Positions 39,532 to 52,735 of a DNA stretch of 64,000 bases are shown here, one piece after another (within the stretch, counting starts at the first letter, position 1; each line of letters begins with the position of its first letter). The DNA comes from an uncultured Gemmatimonadales bacterium. GTDB lineage: Bacteria; Gemmatimonadota; Gemmatimonadetes; Gemmatimonadales; GWC2-71-9. The notes beneath the pieces are model-generated. The model searched no databases and was not told where the DNA came from. It was given only the letters and a program-made list of their open reading frames with translations. The position numbers and the translations under genes were made by a program. The DNA lies in the NCBI GenBank assembly GCA_963795085.1, contig CAWCFX010000002.1:288001-352000 (forward strand), read 5' to 3'.

Positions 39532-40262
39532 ACGGAAGGCTGCGGGCATCGCTCCGGCTGCTGGCGGTGCAAGGCGCCTGGAACTACGAACGGCTGCTGG
39601 GCGTGGGCATGGGCTACGCCGCGGAACCACTGCTCAAGGACCTCGAATCGGCCGATCCAACCCGGCACGCCGAGGCGGTCGTCCGCTCGGCCGAGTTCTT
39701 CAATTGTCATCCCTACCTGGCCGGGCTGGCACTGGGTGCCACCGTGAAAGCCGAGTACGAGTCGGTCCCCGGCGCCCAGATCGTCCGGCTCCGGACCGCG
39801 CTGTGCAGCCCGCTCGGCGCGCTGGGCGACCAGTTCTTCTGGAGCGGGCTGCTGCCGGCTCTGATGGGCGCGGCCCTGGTGCTGGCCGGGCTCGGCGCCG
39901 GGGTGTGGGGCGTCCTCGGGTTCCTGCTGGTGTACAATGTCGTGCGGACGTTCACCGGGGCCTGGGCGCTCTCGACCGGTCTCCGCGCCGGGATGGATGT
40001 GGGACGTTCGATCGCGCAGTCCTGGCTGCCGGGCGCCGCCCGGGTGGCGGGTTTCGGGGCGGGCGCCCTGGTCGGTCTTGCCGTCCCGGTGGTGGCGCAA
40101 TGGACGCTCCGCTGGGCCAGTCCCTCGCAGGTAGTGGTGGCCCTGGCGATCGCCGCCCTGGGCGTCGGGCTGTCGCTCCGGTTTCGCCACACGGTGACGG
40201 CGGTGCGTTTCGCCCTCTCTCTTCTTGTCCTCACGGTGCTATGGCGCTGGACAACATCCTGA
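39528..40262 (+). CDS. PTS mannose-family EIID
   Basis: QGAWNYER, FFNCHP and PLGALGDQFFW. Confidence 0.9.
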   Translation: MNGRLRASLRLLAVQGAWNYERLLGVGMGYAAEPLLKDLESADPTRHAEAVVRSAEFFNCHPYLAGLALGATVKAEYESVPGAQIVRLRTALCSPLGALGDQFFWSGLLPALMGAALVLAGLGAGVWGVLGFLLVYNVVRTFTGAWALSTGLRAGMDVGRSIAQSWLPGAARVAGFGAGALVGLAVPVVAQWTLRWASPSQVVVALAIAALGVGLSLRFRHTVTAVRFALSLLVLTVLWRWTTS

Positions 40263-40525
40263 CGCAGCGCGATGTCAAGATCATCAACCCGCTGGGCCTG
40301 CACGCCCGGCCGGCGGCGTTGTTCGTCAAGCTCGCCACGACGTTTCAGTCCGATGTCGAGATCGGCAACGATTCCATGACCGTCAATGGCAAGAGCATCA
40401 TGGGAGTGATGATGCTGGCCGCCGAGTGCGGGAGCCGGGTGCGCATCCGGACCTCCGGCGAGGATGCCGAACAGGCGGTTACCGCCCTGGCCGCGCTGGT
40501 GGAGAGAGGATTCGGCGAACGATGA
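40241..40525 (+). CDS. ptsH: Phosphocarrier protein HPr
   Basis: GLHARPA (His15) and NGKSIMG (Ser46). Confidence 0.95.
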   Translation: MALDNILTQRDVKIINPLGLHARPAALFVKLATTFQSDVEIGNDSMTVNGKSIMGVMMLAAECGSRVRIRTSGEDAEQAVTALAALVERGFGER

Positions 40526-42300
40526 TCGACCGCCTGTTGCGGGGGATCGGGGTGTCGCCCGGCGTCGCCTACGCGACGGCCGTCGTGGTGCGCTGGGAGT
40601 TCCCCGACGTGCCGGACCGGACCGTGTCCGACCTGGAGATTGACAGTGAGGTCGGCCGGCTCCAGGTGGCGGTGGGCGAAGTGGCCCGGGAATTGGACCT
40701 GCTGCGGCTCCGGGTGCTGGAGCGGGCGGGAGAAGAAGAATCCCGGATCTTCGACGCCCAGATCCTGATGGTGCAGGACGTCGAGTTTCTCAAAGAAGTG
40801 GAACAGCTGATCCGGCAGAACCGGCTGAGCGCGGAGACCGCCTTCGAGTTCAAGTCGCTGGAGCTGCGGAACCTGTGGGGCAACTCGGGGAGCGCCCGGC
40901 TCCGGGAGCGGCTGGCCGATATCGCCGCCGTGCAGATGCGGGTCCTGCAGCGGCTCCTGGGTGCCGCCCCTCACCGGCTGTGGGAGGGCGAGGAGGGAGA
41001 CCGGGTGATCGTGGTCACCCACGAGCTGTCGCCCGGGCTGACCGTACAGTTCGACCGGGACTACGTGGTGGGACTGATCAGCGAGGAAGGCACCCGGACT
41101 TCCCATGCCGCCATCCTGGCGCACTCCCTCGGCATTCCCACGGTGATGGGAGCGGTCAACGCGCTGGAGCGGATCAAGACCGGAACGCCGCTGCTGATCG
41201 ACGGCCAGAGCGGCGCCATCCTGCTCGACCCGACGCCGGCCGAGCGGGACGAGACGATGGCGTACATCATCCGGCGCCGCCGCCTCGACTTCGAGCTGCA
41301 GTCCACCCTGGCGCTTCCCTGCGTCACCGCCGACGGCCATCGCATCCACCTGCTCGGCAACGTGGATCTGCCGGAGGAAATCGAGTCGGCCCAGATGAAC
41401 GGAGCCGAGGGGGTCGGACTGCTCCGAACCGAGTTCCTGGTGGTCGGCCGCGCGACCCTCCCGACCGAAGACGAGCAGGCGGCCTACTTCCGGCGGATCG
41501 CCGATGCGTTTCACGACCACCCGGTGATCATCCGCTCGTTCGACCTGGGCGGCGACAAGTTTCCCGCCGCCTTCCAGGCGGCCGAAGAGGCCAACCCGTT
41601 CCTCGGCTGGCGCTCGATCCGGGTCTGCCTGGACCAGCCCGAGATTTTCCGCCCCCAGGTCCGCGCGATCCTGCGTGCCGCCAAGGACCGGCCGATCAAG
41701 CTGATGCTGCCGCTGGTGACCACCGTGGAGGAGGTACTGGAGTCCAGGGCCATCGTGGAGGAGGAAGCAGCCGCGCTGGCGCGCGACGGGATCCCGGCGG
41801 CCGAGTCGGTCCCGGTCGGGGTGATGGTGGAGACGCCAGCCGCGGTGGTCATCGCCGACCAGCTCGCCGCAGTGAGCGCCTTCTTCAGCGTCGGCACCAA
41901 CGACCTGACCCAGTACACGCTGGCCGTGGACCGGGGCAACGCGCGGCTGGCCGCCCGTTTCACCCCCCACCACCCGGCGGTGGTGCGCCAGCTCAAGACC
42001 ATCGCCGAGGCCGCGACCCGGGCCGGCATTTCCGCCAGCGTCTGCGGCGAGATGGCCTCCGACCCGCTGTCGGCGGTGCTGCTGGTCGGGCTGGGGTATG
42101 ACACGTTGAGCGTGGGCCCCCCGGATTTGTCGCTCATCAAATGGGTGATCCGGCGGGTGCCGCTGGAATCCGCGCGGCTGGCCGCGGCGGCCAGCCTGGA
42201 AGCCACCACGGCGCCGCTGGTGACCCAGGCGATCCGGGAGGTGGTGCGGCGCCACCTCGACATGCGGCTGCTCGAGTCGGGCGCTCTGTTGCCGGGCTAG
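40522..42300 (+). CDS. ptsI: PEP-protein phosphotransferase (enzyme I)
   Basis: [34 protein letters not shown] and CGE. Confidence 0.95.
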   Translation: MIDRLLRGIGVSPGVAYATAVVVRWEFPDVPDRTVSDLEIDSEVGRLQVAVGEVARELDLLRLRVLERAGEEESRIFDAQILMVQDVEFLKEVEQLIRQNRLSAETAFEFKSLELRNLWGNSGSARLRERLADIAAVQMRVLQRLLGAAPHRLWEGEEGDRVIVVTHELSPGLTVQFDRDYVVGLISEEGTRTSHAAILAHSLGIPTVMGAVNALERIKTGTPLLIDGQSGAILLDPTPAERDETMAYIIRRRRLDFELQSTLALPCVTADGHRIHLLGNVDLPEEIESAQMNGAEGVGLLRTEFLVVGRATLPTEDEQAAYFRRIADAFHDHPVIIRSFDLGGDKFPAAFQAAEEANPFLGWRSIRVCLDQPEIFRPQVRAILRAAKDRPIKLMLPLVTTVEEVLESRAIVEEEAAALARDGIPAAESVPVGVMVETPAAVVIADQLAAVSAFFSVGTNDLTQYTLAVDRGNARLAARFTPHHPAVVRQLKTIAEAATRAGISASVCGEMASDPLSAVLLVGLGYDTLSVGPPDLSLIKWVIRRVPLESARLAAAASLEATTAPLVTQAIREVVRRHLDMRLLESGALLPG

Positions 42301-42352
42301 TGCCGCCCTGCTAATCTTCACGCTCTTCCTTCCCCATCTGGGACCTGATTTC

Positions 42353-45018
<2,666 letters not shown>

Positions 45019-45042
45019 CAGGGAACCTCAAAAAGGCTGGGT

Positions 45043-45528
45043 GTGATCGAAGTCGTTGTCGCCCATCTGGGCCTGGACCGGGCCACCAATACCCCGGTCG
45101 TCATATTGCGGGAGCGTAATGGCGAACGGGTCCTTCCGATCTGGATCGGGCCGGCGGAGGCCAGCGCCATCGCGATGGAAATGCAGGGCGTCAAGGCCGT
45201 TCGCCCCATGACCCACGACCTGCTCAAGCAGGTCATCGTCGGGCTGGGCGCCGAGTTGCGCCGGGTCACCATCCATGACGTCAAGGAAAACACCTACTTC
45301 GCCGAGTTGCTGATGAGCCGGGAAGATCACGTCTTCCAGGTGGATGCCCGCCCCTCCGACAGCATCGCGCTGGCCATCCGGCTCAACGCTCCCATCTACA
45401 CCAGCGACCAGCTGCTGGACCAGCGTACGGTGGAAGCGCCGGAGAGCGATACGACCCTGGAGGCGGAACGCCTGAAGCACCACCTCGAAAACATGGACCC
45501 CCAGGATTTCGGCAAGTTCAACCCGTGA
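45043..45528 (+). CDS. Bifunctional nuclease family protein (DUF151)
   Basis: LPIWIG..EA.AI, RPMTHDL and DARPSDSIALA. Confidence 0.92.
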   Translation: MIEVVVAHLGLDRATNTPVVILRERNGERVLPIWIGPAEASAIAMEMQGVKAVRPMTHDLLKQVIVGLGAELRRVTIHDVKENTYFAELLMSREDHVFQVDARPSDSIALAIRLNAPIYTSDQLLDQRTVEAPESDTTLEAERLKHHLENMDPQDFGKFNP

Positions 45529-46649
45529 TGGTCGCCAGCCCCCGCCTCCCCGGAGCCTGGGGCCTGCTGTTGCTCCTCCTCGCCCCGGGGGCCGCGGGAG
45601 GCCAGCAGTCTCTCCCGGTCCGGGGCAGGGTGGTGCTCGCCTCCGCCGATTCCGCCCCGGTCCCCGGGGTTCGGCTGGTCCTGCACCGGGTGGGACGCGC
45701 CGCCCAGGGCCCCCTCGACTCCACGGTGACCGGACCGGACGGTAGTTTCCGGCTCCGGTTCGCGGCCGATACCACCTCTCTCTACCTGCTCTCCGCCAGC
45801 TACGCCGGGATCGAGTATTTCTCCCCGCCCGTCAACACCAATCCCGCGCTGCCGGATACCGCCCTCGTGGTGGCGGTCTTTGATACCTCGTCCACCCAGC
45901 CGGTGACCCAGGTCGCCCGCTACCTGGTGATCCGGCGCGCGGCGGAGGATGGCAGCCGGAGCGTCCTGGACTTGATCGTGCTTGAGAACCGGGGCGCATT
46001 CACCCGGCTGGCCGGCGACACGGTGCGGCCCTCCTGGCAGGGCTTCGTCCCGCGGGGGGCCAGCGGTGTCCGGGTGGGCGAGGCCGACCTCTCGGCCGAT
46101 GCGATCCTGATCCGGGGCGACACCATCGAGGTGTTCGCCCCGATCGCGCCCGGCGAAAAGCAGATCGCGCTGGAGTATGCCCTGCGACCCGGCCTCCCCC
46201 TGGAGCTGGAGTTCGGCCAGGATAGCGTCGCCACCAACGTGCTGGCCCAGGACCCGGATGCCCGGGTCGAGGGCGGCGAGATGGCCGCGGTGGATTCCCA
46301 GAACATCGAAGGCGAAAACTTTCGCCGCTGGGTGGGCGCGCCGCACGCCGGGGACGCGATCAAGGTCAGCTTTGGCTCCGCGGCCGGCGGCGTCCCCGGG
46401 TGGATCCTGCCGGCCATGGTCGGCATGGCCGCGCTGGGATTGCTGGCCGTGTTCTTCCTGCAGCGAAAGCGGCGGGCGACTCCCCACCCGCTTGAAGCGA
46501 TCACCGACCGCATCGCGGAACTGGAAGCGCGCTATGCCGGGCGGGAAGGCGAAGTGCCAGCCCAGGAGTGGACCGGGTACCTGGCCGACCGGGAACGGCT
46601 GCGGGCCTCCCTGGCCGCCCACCTTGCCAGCCGGGGGAGAGCCCCCTAG
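45525..46649 (+). CDS. Hypothetical membrane-anchored protein with N-terminal carboxypeptidase-regulatory-like domain
   Basis: Signal peptide; TGPDGSF; C-terminal TM helix, RKRR and a helical tail. Confidence 0.6.
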   Translation: MMVASPRLPGAWGLLLLLLAPGAAGGQQSLPVRGRVVLASADSAPVPGVRLVLHRVGRAAQGPLDSTVTGPDGSFRLRFAADTTSLYLLSASYAGIEYFSPPVNTNPALPDTALVVAVFDTSSTQPVTQVARYLVIRRAAEDGSRSVLDLIVLENRGAFTRLAGDTVRPSWQGFVPRGASGVRVGEADLSADAILIRGDTIEVFAPIAPGEKQIALEYALRPGLPLELEFGQDSVATNVLAQDPDARVEGGEMAAVDSQNIEGENFRRWVGAPHAGDAIKVSFGSAAGGVPGWILPAMVGMAALGLLAVFFLQRKRRATPHPLEAITDRIAELEARYAGREGEVPAQEWTGYLADRERLRASLAAHLASRGRAP

Positions 46650-46664
46650 CATTGAGCTGTTATC

Positions 46665-46826
46665 AGCGAACGCGGATATTCGGAAGCCGGTGGAAATCCG
46701 GCGCGGCCCCGCCACTGTAACGGGCAGTTCGAGGCGCAGCAGCAGCGCCCTTTCGTTCACACGCCACTGGGAGGTTCCCGGGAAGGCGAACGAATCGCCC
46801 GAAGCCAGGAGACCTCCTCGTTCGCG
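46665..46826 (+). ncRNA. Cobalamin riboswitch
   Basis: GGAAGCCGGTGGAAATCCGGCGCGGCCCCGCCACTGTAA ... GCCACTGGGA..GGGAAGG ... AGCCAGGAGACCT (B12 box). P1 GCGAACG/CGTTCGC. Sits upstream of btu genes. Confidence 0.93.
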
Positions 46827-46885
46827 CCACCTGTTTGCCCTCGGGGGAGGGAATGGTGGCGTGACGCGCCTCCCGGCGACGCTAC

Positions 46886-46918
46886 GCCCTTCTCCGATCC
46901 AACGAGAGGGGCATTTTC
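46886..46918 (+). promoter_or_regulatory. Riboswitch expression-platform hairpin sequestering the btuF RBS (or a terminator)
   Basis: GCCCTTCTC pairs with GAGAGGGGC, followed by ATTTT, immediately before TTG 46920. Confidence 0.55.
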
Positions 46919-46919
46919 A

Positions 46920-47810
46920 TTGGGCCATACTCCCCGGTTCGCGGCACTCCTCCCCGCCGTACTTCTTGCGCTGGCCATTGGCTGCCAGTCGCGGGAGCCG
47001 GGCGCCGGTCCGCTGCTCGCCGTGGACGACGCCGGCGATACGGTCCGCCTGGCAGCACCCGCCCGGCGCGTCGTCTCGCTGGTCCCCGCGACCACCGAAT
47101 TGCTGTTCGCCATCGGTGCCGGTGGCCAGCTGGTCGGCCGCACCCGCTGGGACGACTATCCCGCCCAGGCCGCCGCGATCCCCGATGTCGGCGATGGCCT
47201 CAGCCCCAGTATCGAAGCCATCCTCTCCCGGCAGCCCGACCTGGTGGTCATGTATCACTCCGGCTCCAATGCCGCGGCGGCCGGCCAGCTTCGCCAGCTG
47301 GGTATTCCCACCGTTCAACTCTCGGTGGACCGGCTCGCCGATGTGCCCCGCATCGCCCGCTTGCTGGGCCGGCTCACCGGACACGCCGGCGGCGCCGATA
47401 GCCTGGCGCGCCGCATGGCCGCCGAACTGGAGGCGGTGACCGTGCCGGCCACGACCACCGGGTTGCGAGTGTTGATCGTGGCCTGGGACCAGCCCCCCAT
47501 GGTGATCGGCGCCGGCAGTTTCCTGAGCGAGGTGGTCGAGCGGGCCGGGGCGGCCAATCTCTTCGGCGATCTCGCCGAGCCATCGGCATTGATCAGCATC
47601 GAAGCGGTGGTGCAGCGCGACCCCGATGCACTGCTGGTCAGCTCGGACGGGCCGCCGGCGCTGGCCTCCCGCCCCGAGTGGCGGGTGGTGCCGGCCGTCC
47701 GCGCCAACCGGTTCATCCACGTGACCAGCTCGGCGTTCAGCCGTCCCAGCCCCCGGGCGCCCGAGGCCATTCGTGAACTCCGGCGCAAGCTGGCGGAGTT
47801 CCGGCGGTGA
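46920..47810 (+). CDS. btuF: Cobalamin ABC transporter substrate-binding lipoprotein
   Basis: Lipobox AIGC; RVVSLVPATTELLFAIG; DYP; RPSPR; riboswitch context. Confidence 0.85.
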   Translation: MGHTPRFAALLPAVLLALAIGCQSREPGAGPLLAVDDAGDTVRLAAPARRVVSLVPATTELLFAIGAGGQLVGRTRWDDYPAQAAAIPDVGDGLSPSIEAILSRQPDLVVMYHSGSNAAAAGQLRQLGIPTVQLSVDRLADVPRIARLLGRLTGHAGGADSLARRMAAELEAVTVPATTTGLRVLIVAWDQPPMVIGAGSFLSEVVERAGAANLFGDLAEPSALISIEAVVQRDPDALLVSSDGPPALASRPEWRVVPAVRANRFIHVTSSAFSRPSPRAPEAIRELRRKLAEFRR

Positions 47811-48781
47811 GACCGGGAACGTCCTCGCTCGTCGCCGCGGGAGTGCTCCTCTCGCTGGCCATCGGGCTGTCTGCCGGCGCGGTATCGCTGAGCCCCTCCG
47901 AGCTATGGCAGGGACTGGTGAATCCGGCGGCGCCGGCGGCGGATATCCTGCGGAGCCTCCGGGTGCCGCGGGTCCTGCTGGCCTTCGCCGTGGGGGGCAG
48001 TCTGGGCCTCTCCGGCGCGGCGCTCCAGGCCCTGGTCCGTAACCCGCTGGCCGAGCCCTACCTCCTGGGGCTCTCCGGCGGCGCCGGACTGGGCGCCGTG
48101 GTCGCGATCGGTCTCAGGATTCCGAGTGCCTGGGCCATTCCGGTTGCCGCGTTCGCGGGCGCCATGGCCGCGGTCGCCCTGGTCTACCGGCTGAGCCTGG
48201 TGGAAGGACGCCGGCTCGACCCGCGGGTGCTGCTGCTGGCCGGCGTGGTGGTGGGTGCCTTTGCCACCGCGCTGATGAGTGCGATCATCGTGCTGTCCGA
48301 CGCGGTCCAGTTGCGGAACGCCTTTCTCTGGCTGCTGGGCGGATTCAGCGCGGCGTCCTGGCAGTCGCTGGCGATCTTCATGGCCTACAGCGCGGTGCCG
48401 GCGGGACTCCTGTTCCTGAGCGGACGGTCGCTGGACCTGCTGGTGCTGGGCGACGACACCGCCCACCACCTGGGGGCCGACGTGGACCGGACCCGGGTCC
48501 TCGTCTATGTCACGACGGCGTTGCTGACGGCGGCGGCGGTCGCCACCTGCGGGATCATCGGGTTCGTGGGCCTGGTGGTGCCCCACGCGGTCCGCCGCGT
48601 CTGGGGACCGATACACCGGACCCTGCTCCCCATCGTCTTTGTGGCCAGCGGGGGGTTCCTGGTGCTGGCGGACGCGCTCGCCCGCACGGTGGTGCGGCCC
48701 GCCGAACTGCCGGTGGGCGTGGTGACGGCACTGGTCGGGGTTCCGCTCTTCGCCCTGCTCCTGCGGCGGACGCTGGCATGA
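47807..48781 (+). CDS. btuC: Cobalamin ABC transporter permease (FecCD family)
   Basis: LRVPR, RNPLAEPYLLG, GFVGLVVPH and ELPVG. Confidence 0.87.
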   Translation: MRPGTSSLVAAGVLLSLAIGLSAGAVSLSPSELWQGLVNPAAPAADILRSLRVPRVLLAFAVGGSLGLSGAALQALVRNPLAEPYLLGLSGGAGLGAVVAIGLRIPSAWAIPVAAFAGAMAAVALVYRLSLVEGRRLDPRVLLLAGVVVGAFATALMSAIIVLSDAVQLRNAFLWLLGGFSAASWQSLAIFMAYSAVPAGLLFLSGRSLDLLVLGDDTAHHLGADVDRTRVLVYVTTALLTAAAVATCGIIGFVGLVVPHAVRRVWGPIHRTLLPIVFVASGGFLVLADALARTVVRPAELPVGVVTALVGVPLFALLLRRTLA

Positions 48782-49566
48782 TCGTGCAGGCCAGCAACCT
48801 CACCGTGCGTTACCCGGGCAGCGAGTCGCTTGCCATCGACGGGGTGAGTTGCACCGTGGACCGGGGCCAGCTCCTGGCCGTGGTGGGACCCAACGGGTGC
48901 GGCAAGACCACCCTGTTGCGGGCCATTCTCGGGCTGGTGCCCCTGGAGCGGGGTGAATCCGCCATCGAGTCCCGGCCGCTGGCCGGCTGGAAACGACGGG
49001 AGCTGGCGCAGGTGCTGGGGGTCGTGGCCCAGCGGGAGGAACTGATCTATCCCCTCCGCGTGCAAGAGACGGTACTGCTGGGCCGCTATGCCCGGCTGGG
49101 TCCGCTCGCCCCGGTCGGCGATGCCGACCGCGCCGCGGTGGAACGGGCGCTGCGCCGCTGCGATGCCTGGGATCTCCGGCACCGCCGCGCCGACACCCTG
49201 TCCGGCGGGGAATGGCAGCGGGTGCGGGTGGCACGCGCCCTGGCGCAGGAGCCCCGTGCGCTGCTGCTGGACGAACCGACCGCGGCCCTCGATATCCGCC
49301 ACGAGATGGAGATCTTCGAGCTGGTGCGCCAGCTGGTGAGCGAAGGACTGGCCGCGCTGGTCATCACCCACCAGATCAACCTGGCCGCGCGCTACGCCAC
49401 CGGGATGCTGCTGCTCTCCCGTGGCCGGGTCGCCGCCAGTGGTCCCCCGGCCGCGGTGATCCGGCGGGAGGTGCTGGAGACAGTCTTCGAATGGCCGGTA
49501 TCGGTGCACGACTGGCTCGGCCAGGTTCCCCAGCTGGTTCCGCTTCGGCCCGGAGAAACCCGGTGA
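48778..49566 (+). CDS. btuD: Cobalamin ABC transporter ATPase
   Basis: GPNGCGKTT, LSGGE and LLLDEPT. Confidence 0.87.
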   Translation: MIVQASNLTVRYPGSESLAIDGVSCTVDRGQLLAVVGPNGCGKTTLLRAILGLVPLERGESAIESRPLAGWKRRELAQVLGVVAQREELIYPLRVQETVLLGRYARLGPLAPVGDADRAAVERALRRCDAWDLRHRRADTLSGGEWQRVRVARALAQEPRALLLDEPTAALDIRHEMEIFELVRQLVSEGLAALVITHQINLAARYATGMLLLSRGRVAASGPPAAVIRREVLETVFEWPVSVHDWLGQVPQLVPLRPGETR

Positions 49567-51599
49567 TCCGGCCGGGTCTTCTGCCGTGGATCGCGGCCTG
49601 GGCGGTCGCCGCCCCGGCGGCCGCGCAGGCGCCGGCGACTATTTCCGGCCGGGTCGTTGACCGGGAGACCCGGCACCCGGTGGAGGCGGCCGAGATCCGG
49701 CTGGGCGACCAGTGGCGGCTGGTCCGGCAGGGAGGCCGCTTTACCATCGCGGTGGAACCGGGGCTGCATTACCTCGAGATCCGCGCGGTCGGCTATGCCA
49801 CCGCGGAGCGCGAGGTTCGCGTGCTGCCGGGGCAGGGGGAGACGGTCATCGTGGCGCTGGTTCCGGCTGTCGCCGCCCTCGACAGCATCGTCATCACCGC
49901 CTCCCGGTTGCCGGCCATCACGGGTGACGAGCTTCGGTCCCGCGGGGGTGACCTTCCCACCGCGCTCAACGGCTGGCAGGGCATCGTGGTCACCCGGACG
50001 GGCCAGGGCGATGAAGCGATAGCCCGGATCCGGGGCAGCGCCGCCGACGAGGTCCTGGTGCTGGTGGATGGCTTCGCCCTGAATGACCCCTTTACCGGCC
50101 GCGCCGACCTGGCCCGGCTCGCGGTCCAGGACGTCGAACAGATAACCATGGCGCCGGGCGCTCAGAATGCCCGCGCCGGGAGCCGCGCCGTGGCAGGCGT
50201 GATCGAGATCAGGACCCGGCACCGCTTCGCGCCCGAGGCCATGGTGGGTGCCGGGTCGGCCGGAACCGTCCAGGCGCGAATGGCTGCCAGCGCCGGACGA
50301 GTGTCGGCGGCGCTCATGGTCCAGTCACTGCCTGACGATTACCGGGTGGATGTGCCGTCAGGGGGAGAGGCGCGACGGAACAACGCCGGCGGCGAAATCT
50401 GGACCCTCAATGCCCGGGCCCGGGCCGGTGTGGACCTGGTGATCCGCGGCTCCTTCTCGGATCGCGGCCTTCCCGGTACGACGGTCAATCCCACCCCGGC
50501 CGCCCGGACCCGGGACCGGGCGCTGCTCCTCGGCATGAGCACCGGCGCAGCCACCTGGGCCCGTGCATCGCTCGAGTTCCTCGATACCCGGTCGTCCGAT
50601 GACGCTCCTCCCCCGGGATTCGTGGCCTACCGGGCGCATACCCACGGGTGGGGGAGCACCGTGGAGACGGGGCTCCGGGGCCGGCACTCGATGGGGTCGT
50701 GGACCGCCGGTACCTCCCTGGCCGTAGATGCCCGGCATGACCGGTTCCGGGGCGACGCGGTGCGCGACAATGCCTCGTTCAGTCGTGCCGGCGCCTCGGC
50801 TGGCCTGGAACTGCATCGGCCTGGTAAGGCCGTCAGTTGGCGGGTAGCCCCCATTGTTCGGGCCGACTGGTTCACCGGCCAGGACGGCCCCCTGGCCAGC
50901 GCGCGCATGGATCTCGAAATGGCCAGCAAGGGAACCTCGGCCACCGCCGCGTTCGGAAACGGCGTCACGGTGCCGGCGCTCGCCGACCTGCTTTTCCGCG
51001 ATGCGGTCGGCGTCGCCATTAACCCGGACCTGCGGCCGGAACGGGTGCGCTGGGAAGCAGAGCTGGGAGTGTCGCAGGAGTTTTCGGCCCGGGGCCACCG
51101 GGGCACGCTGCGACTCGGCGGCTTTTATGGCGTGGTGGACGACATGATACTCTGGACACCGAACTTCCGGTTTGTCTGGAGTCCGGGGAATTTCGGGGTC
51201 CGGCGCCGGGGGGTGGAAGGCAGCCTGGACCTGGGGGCGTCACGGGGCCTGCGCCTGCACGCCTCCGCCGCCCTGACCCGCACCAGCTACGATACCCGGG
51301 GGGGCGGCGCCGTCCCGTACCGGCCCGAGGCCATGTACGCGCTCAGCACCTCGTGGTCGCCTGGCCCATGGCGCTTTTCCCTCGGATGGAACTACCTGGG
51401 CGCCCGGTACAGCCGGAACCGGGAGACCCAGGCTCTGCCCGGGTTCGGCCTGGTGACTGCGGGTGTCTCGCGCCGGGTCGGGCAGGTGGTTCTCCGGGGC
51501 GAAGTCCGCGACCTCACCGATGCGCGGCCGATGTACATCGCGGGGTTTCCTACCCCGGGCCGCACCGTTCACCTTTCGATCAACCTGGAACTGCCATGA
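49563..51599 (+). CDS. btuB: TonB-dependent receptor, probable B12 transporter
   Basis: Signal peptide; N-terminal carboxypeptidase-like domain; DSIVITA TonB-box-like; IRGS...VLVLVDG plug; LRPE; PGR. Confidence 0.75.
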   Translation: MIRPGLLPWIAAWAVAAPAAAQAPATISGRVVDRETRHPVEAAEIRLGDQWRLVRQGGRFTIAVEPGLHYLEIRAVGYATAEREVRVLPGQGETVIVALVPAVAALDSIVITASRLPAITGDELRSRGGDLPTALNGWQGIVVTRTGQGDEAIARIRGSAADEVLVLVDGFALNDPFTGRADLARLAVQDVEQITMAPGAQNARAGSRAVAGVIEIRTRHRFAPEAMVGAGSAGTVQARMAASAGRVSAALMVQSLPDDYRVDVPSGGEARRNNAGGEIWTLNARARAGVDLVIRGSFSDRGLPGTTVNPTPAARTRDRALLLGMSTGAATWARASLEFLDTRSSDDAPPPGFVAYRAHTHGWGSTVETGLRGRHSMGSWTAGTSLAVDARHDRFRGDAVRDNASFSRAGASAGLELHRPGKAVSWRVAPIVRADWFTGQDGPLASARMDLEMASKGTSATAAFGNGVTVPALADLLFRDAVGVAINPDLRPERVRWEAELGVSQEFSARGHRGTLRLGGFYGVVDDMILWTPNFRFVWSPGNFGVRRRGVEGSLDLGASRGLRLHASAALTRTSYDTRGGGAVPYRPEAMYALSTSWSPGPWRFSLGWNYLGARYSRNRETQALPGFGLVTAGVSRRVGQVVLRGEVRDLTDARPMYIAGFPTPGRTVHLSINLELP

Positions 51600-52648
51600 T
51601 CTCTTCCCGTCGCCTCCTCACCACCGCCGCAGTGCTGGGCCTGCTCGCCGCCTGCGCGGAAACCTCGGCGCCTCTGCCGCCGGCGGACGAGGTTCTCCTG
51701 GTCGTCAACAGCACCGAAGCTTCGCTCAGCGTGATCCCGGTCAAGTCGCCGGGGTCCGGGGTCACGGTGCCGCTGGGGGGAACCACGCCCTCGCCCGTGA
51801 ACGTCGCCGCCCGGGACGGCATCGCCATTGTCCCCATGGGTCTCGACAACAACGTCGCGGTGGTGGACCTTCGCCAGGCCCAGGTCATCAACTCCATCCA
51901 GCTGCCGGCGGGATCGGGCGCCACCGGCGCGGCGCTGATCAGCGATTCCATCGCCTATGTCGCGAACCCCAATCTGAACACGGTCACCCGGATCAACCTC
52001 CGCTCCGGGGACACCGCCAGCGTACGAGTGGGTGTTTACCCCCAGGGCATGGTCTTCACCCGGGGGCGGCTGTTCGTGCTCAATGGCAACCTCGTCAACT
52101 TTTCGCCGGCCGGCCCCAGCTGGATCACCGTGATCGATCCGGTCACGAATACCAAGGCAGCCGGGATCGACAGCATCGCCCTGCCCGGTCCCGGCAACGC
52201 CGGGTTCGCGGATGTGGCCAGCGACGGGCTGATCTACGTGATGAGCTCGGGGAGTTTTTCCGGCGGGGAAGGCCGGCTGCACATCGTGGACCCGGTGGGG
52301 AGAAGCGAGGTCGCCAATTTCGGGGGGTTCGGCGTGGCGCCCGGGGCCATCGCGGCTGACGGCGGGGAACGCCTGTTCATCTCCTCCTTTACCGAAGGGT
52401 TGATGGAGTTCAATACCCGGACCCGCGCCGTGGTACGGGGCGCCGGAAACGGAGTCAGCATCCCCGGCAACTCCGCGGTCGAGGTGGATAGCGAGGGGCG
52501 CATCTATGCCGTGGGCACCGGGCCCTGCCAGGGGGGGCAGGTGGGCGTGGCCCACGTGCTGGGCGTCAACCTGAACGAGACCGGGACCGTGAACCTGGGC
52601 GAATGCTCGATCTTCGCGGCCGTCACCGAGATCCCACCGGCGCCCTGA
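51596..52648 (+). CDS. Beta-propeller lipoprotein (YncE/BtuG-like)
   Basis: Lipobox LAAC; YVTN-like repeats (YVAN, VGVYPQG, ITVID); last gene of the btu operon. Confidence 0.7.
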   Translation: MISSRRLLTTAAVLGLLAACAETSAPLPPADEVLLVVNSTEASLSVIPVKSPGSGVTVPLGGTTPSPVNVAARDGIAIVPMGLDNNVAVVDLRQAQVINSIQLPAGSGATGAALISDSIAYVANPNLNTVTRINLRSGDTASVRVGVYPQGMVFTRGRLFVLNGNLVNFSPAGPSWITVIDPVTNTKAAGIDSIALPGPGNAGFADVASDGLIYVMSSGSFSGGEGRLHIVDPVGRSEVANFGGFGVAPGAIAADGGERLFISSFTEGLMEFNTRTRAVVRGAGNGVSIPGNSAVEVDSEGRIYAVGTGPCQGGQVGVAHVLGVNLNETGTVNLGECSIFAAVTEIPPAP

Positions 52649-52735
52649 GCCGAGGCCAGCAGGCAATGGCGACGATCCCTGGTCAATGACCTGTGCCGAA
52701 TCACGAATTGGTTCGGGGGCGCTTATTCTTCTCCC

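Noticed and set aside
42301..42352. Possible SAM riboswitch before metK
   Set aside because: The gap is only 52 bp and lacks recognisable SAM-I core motifs.
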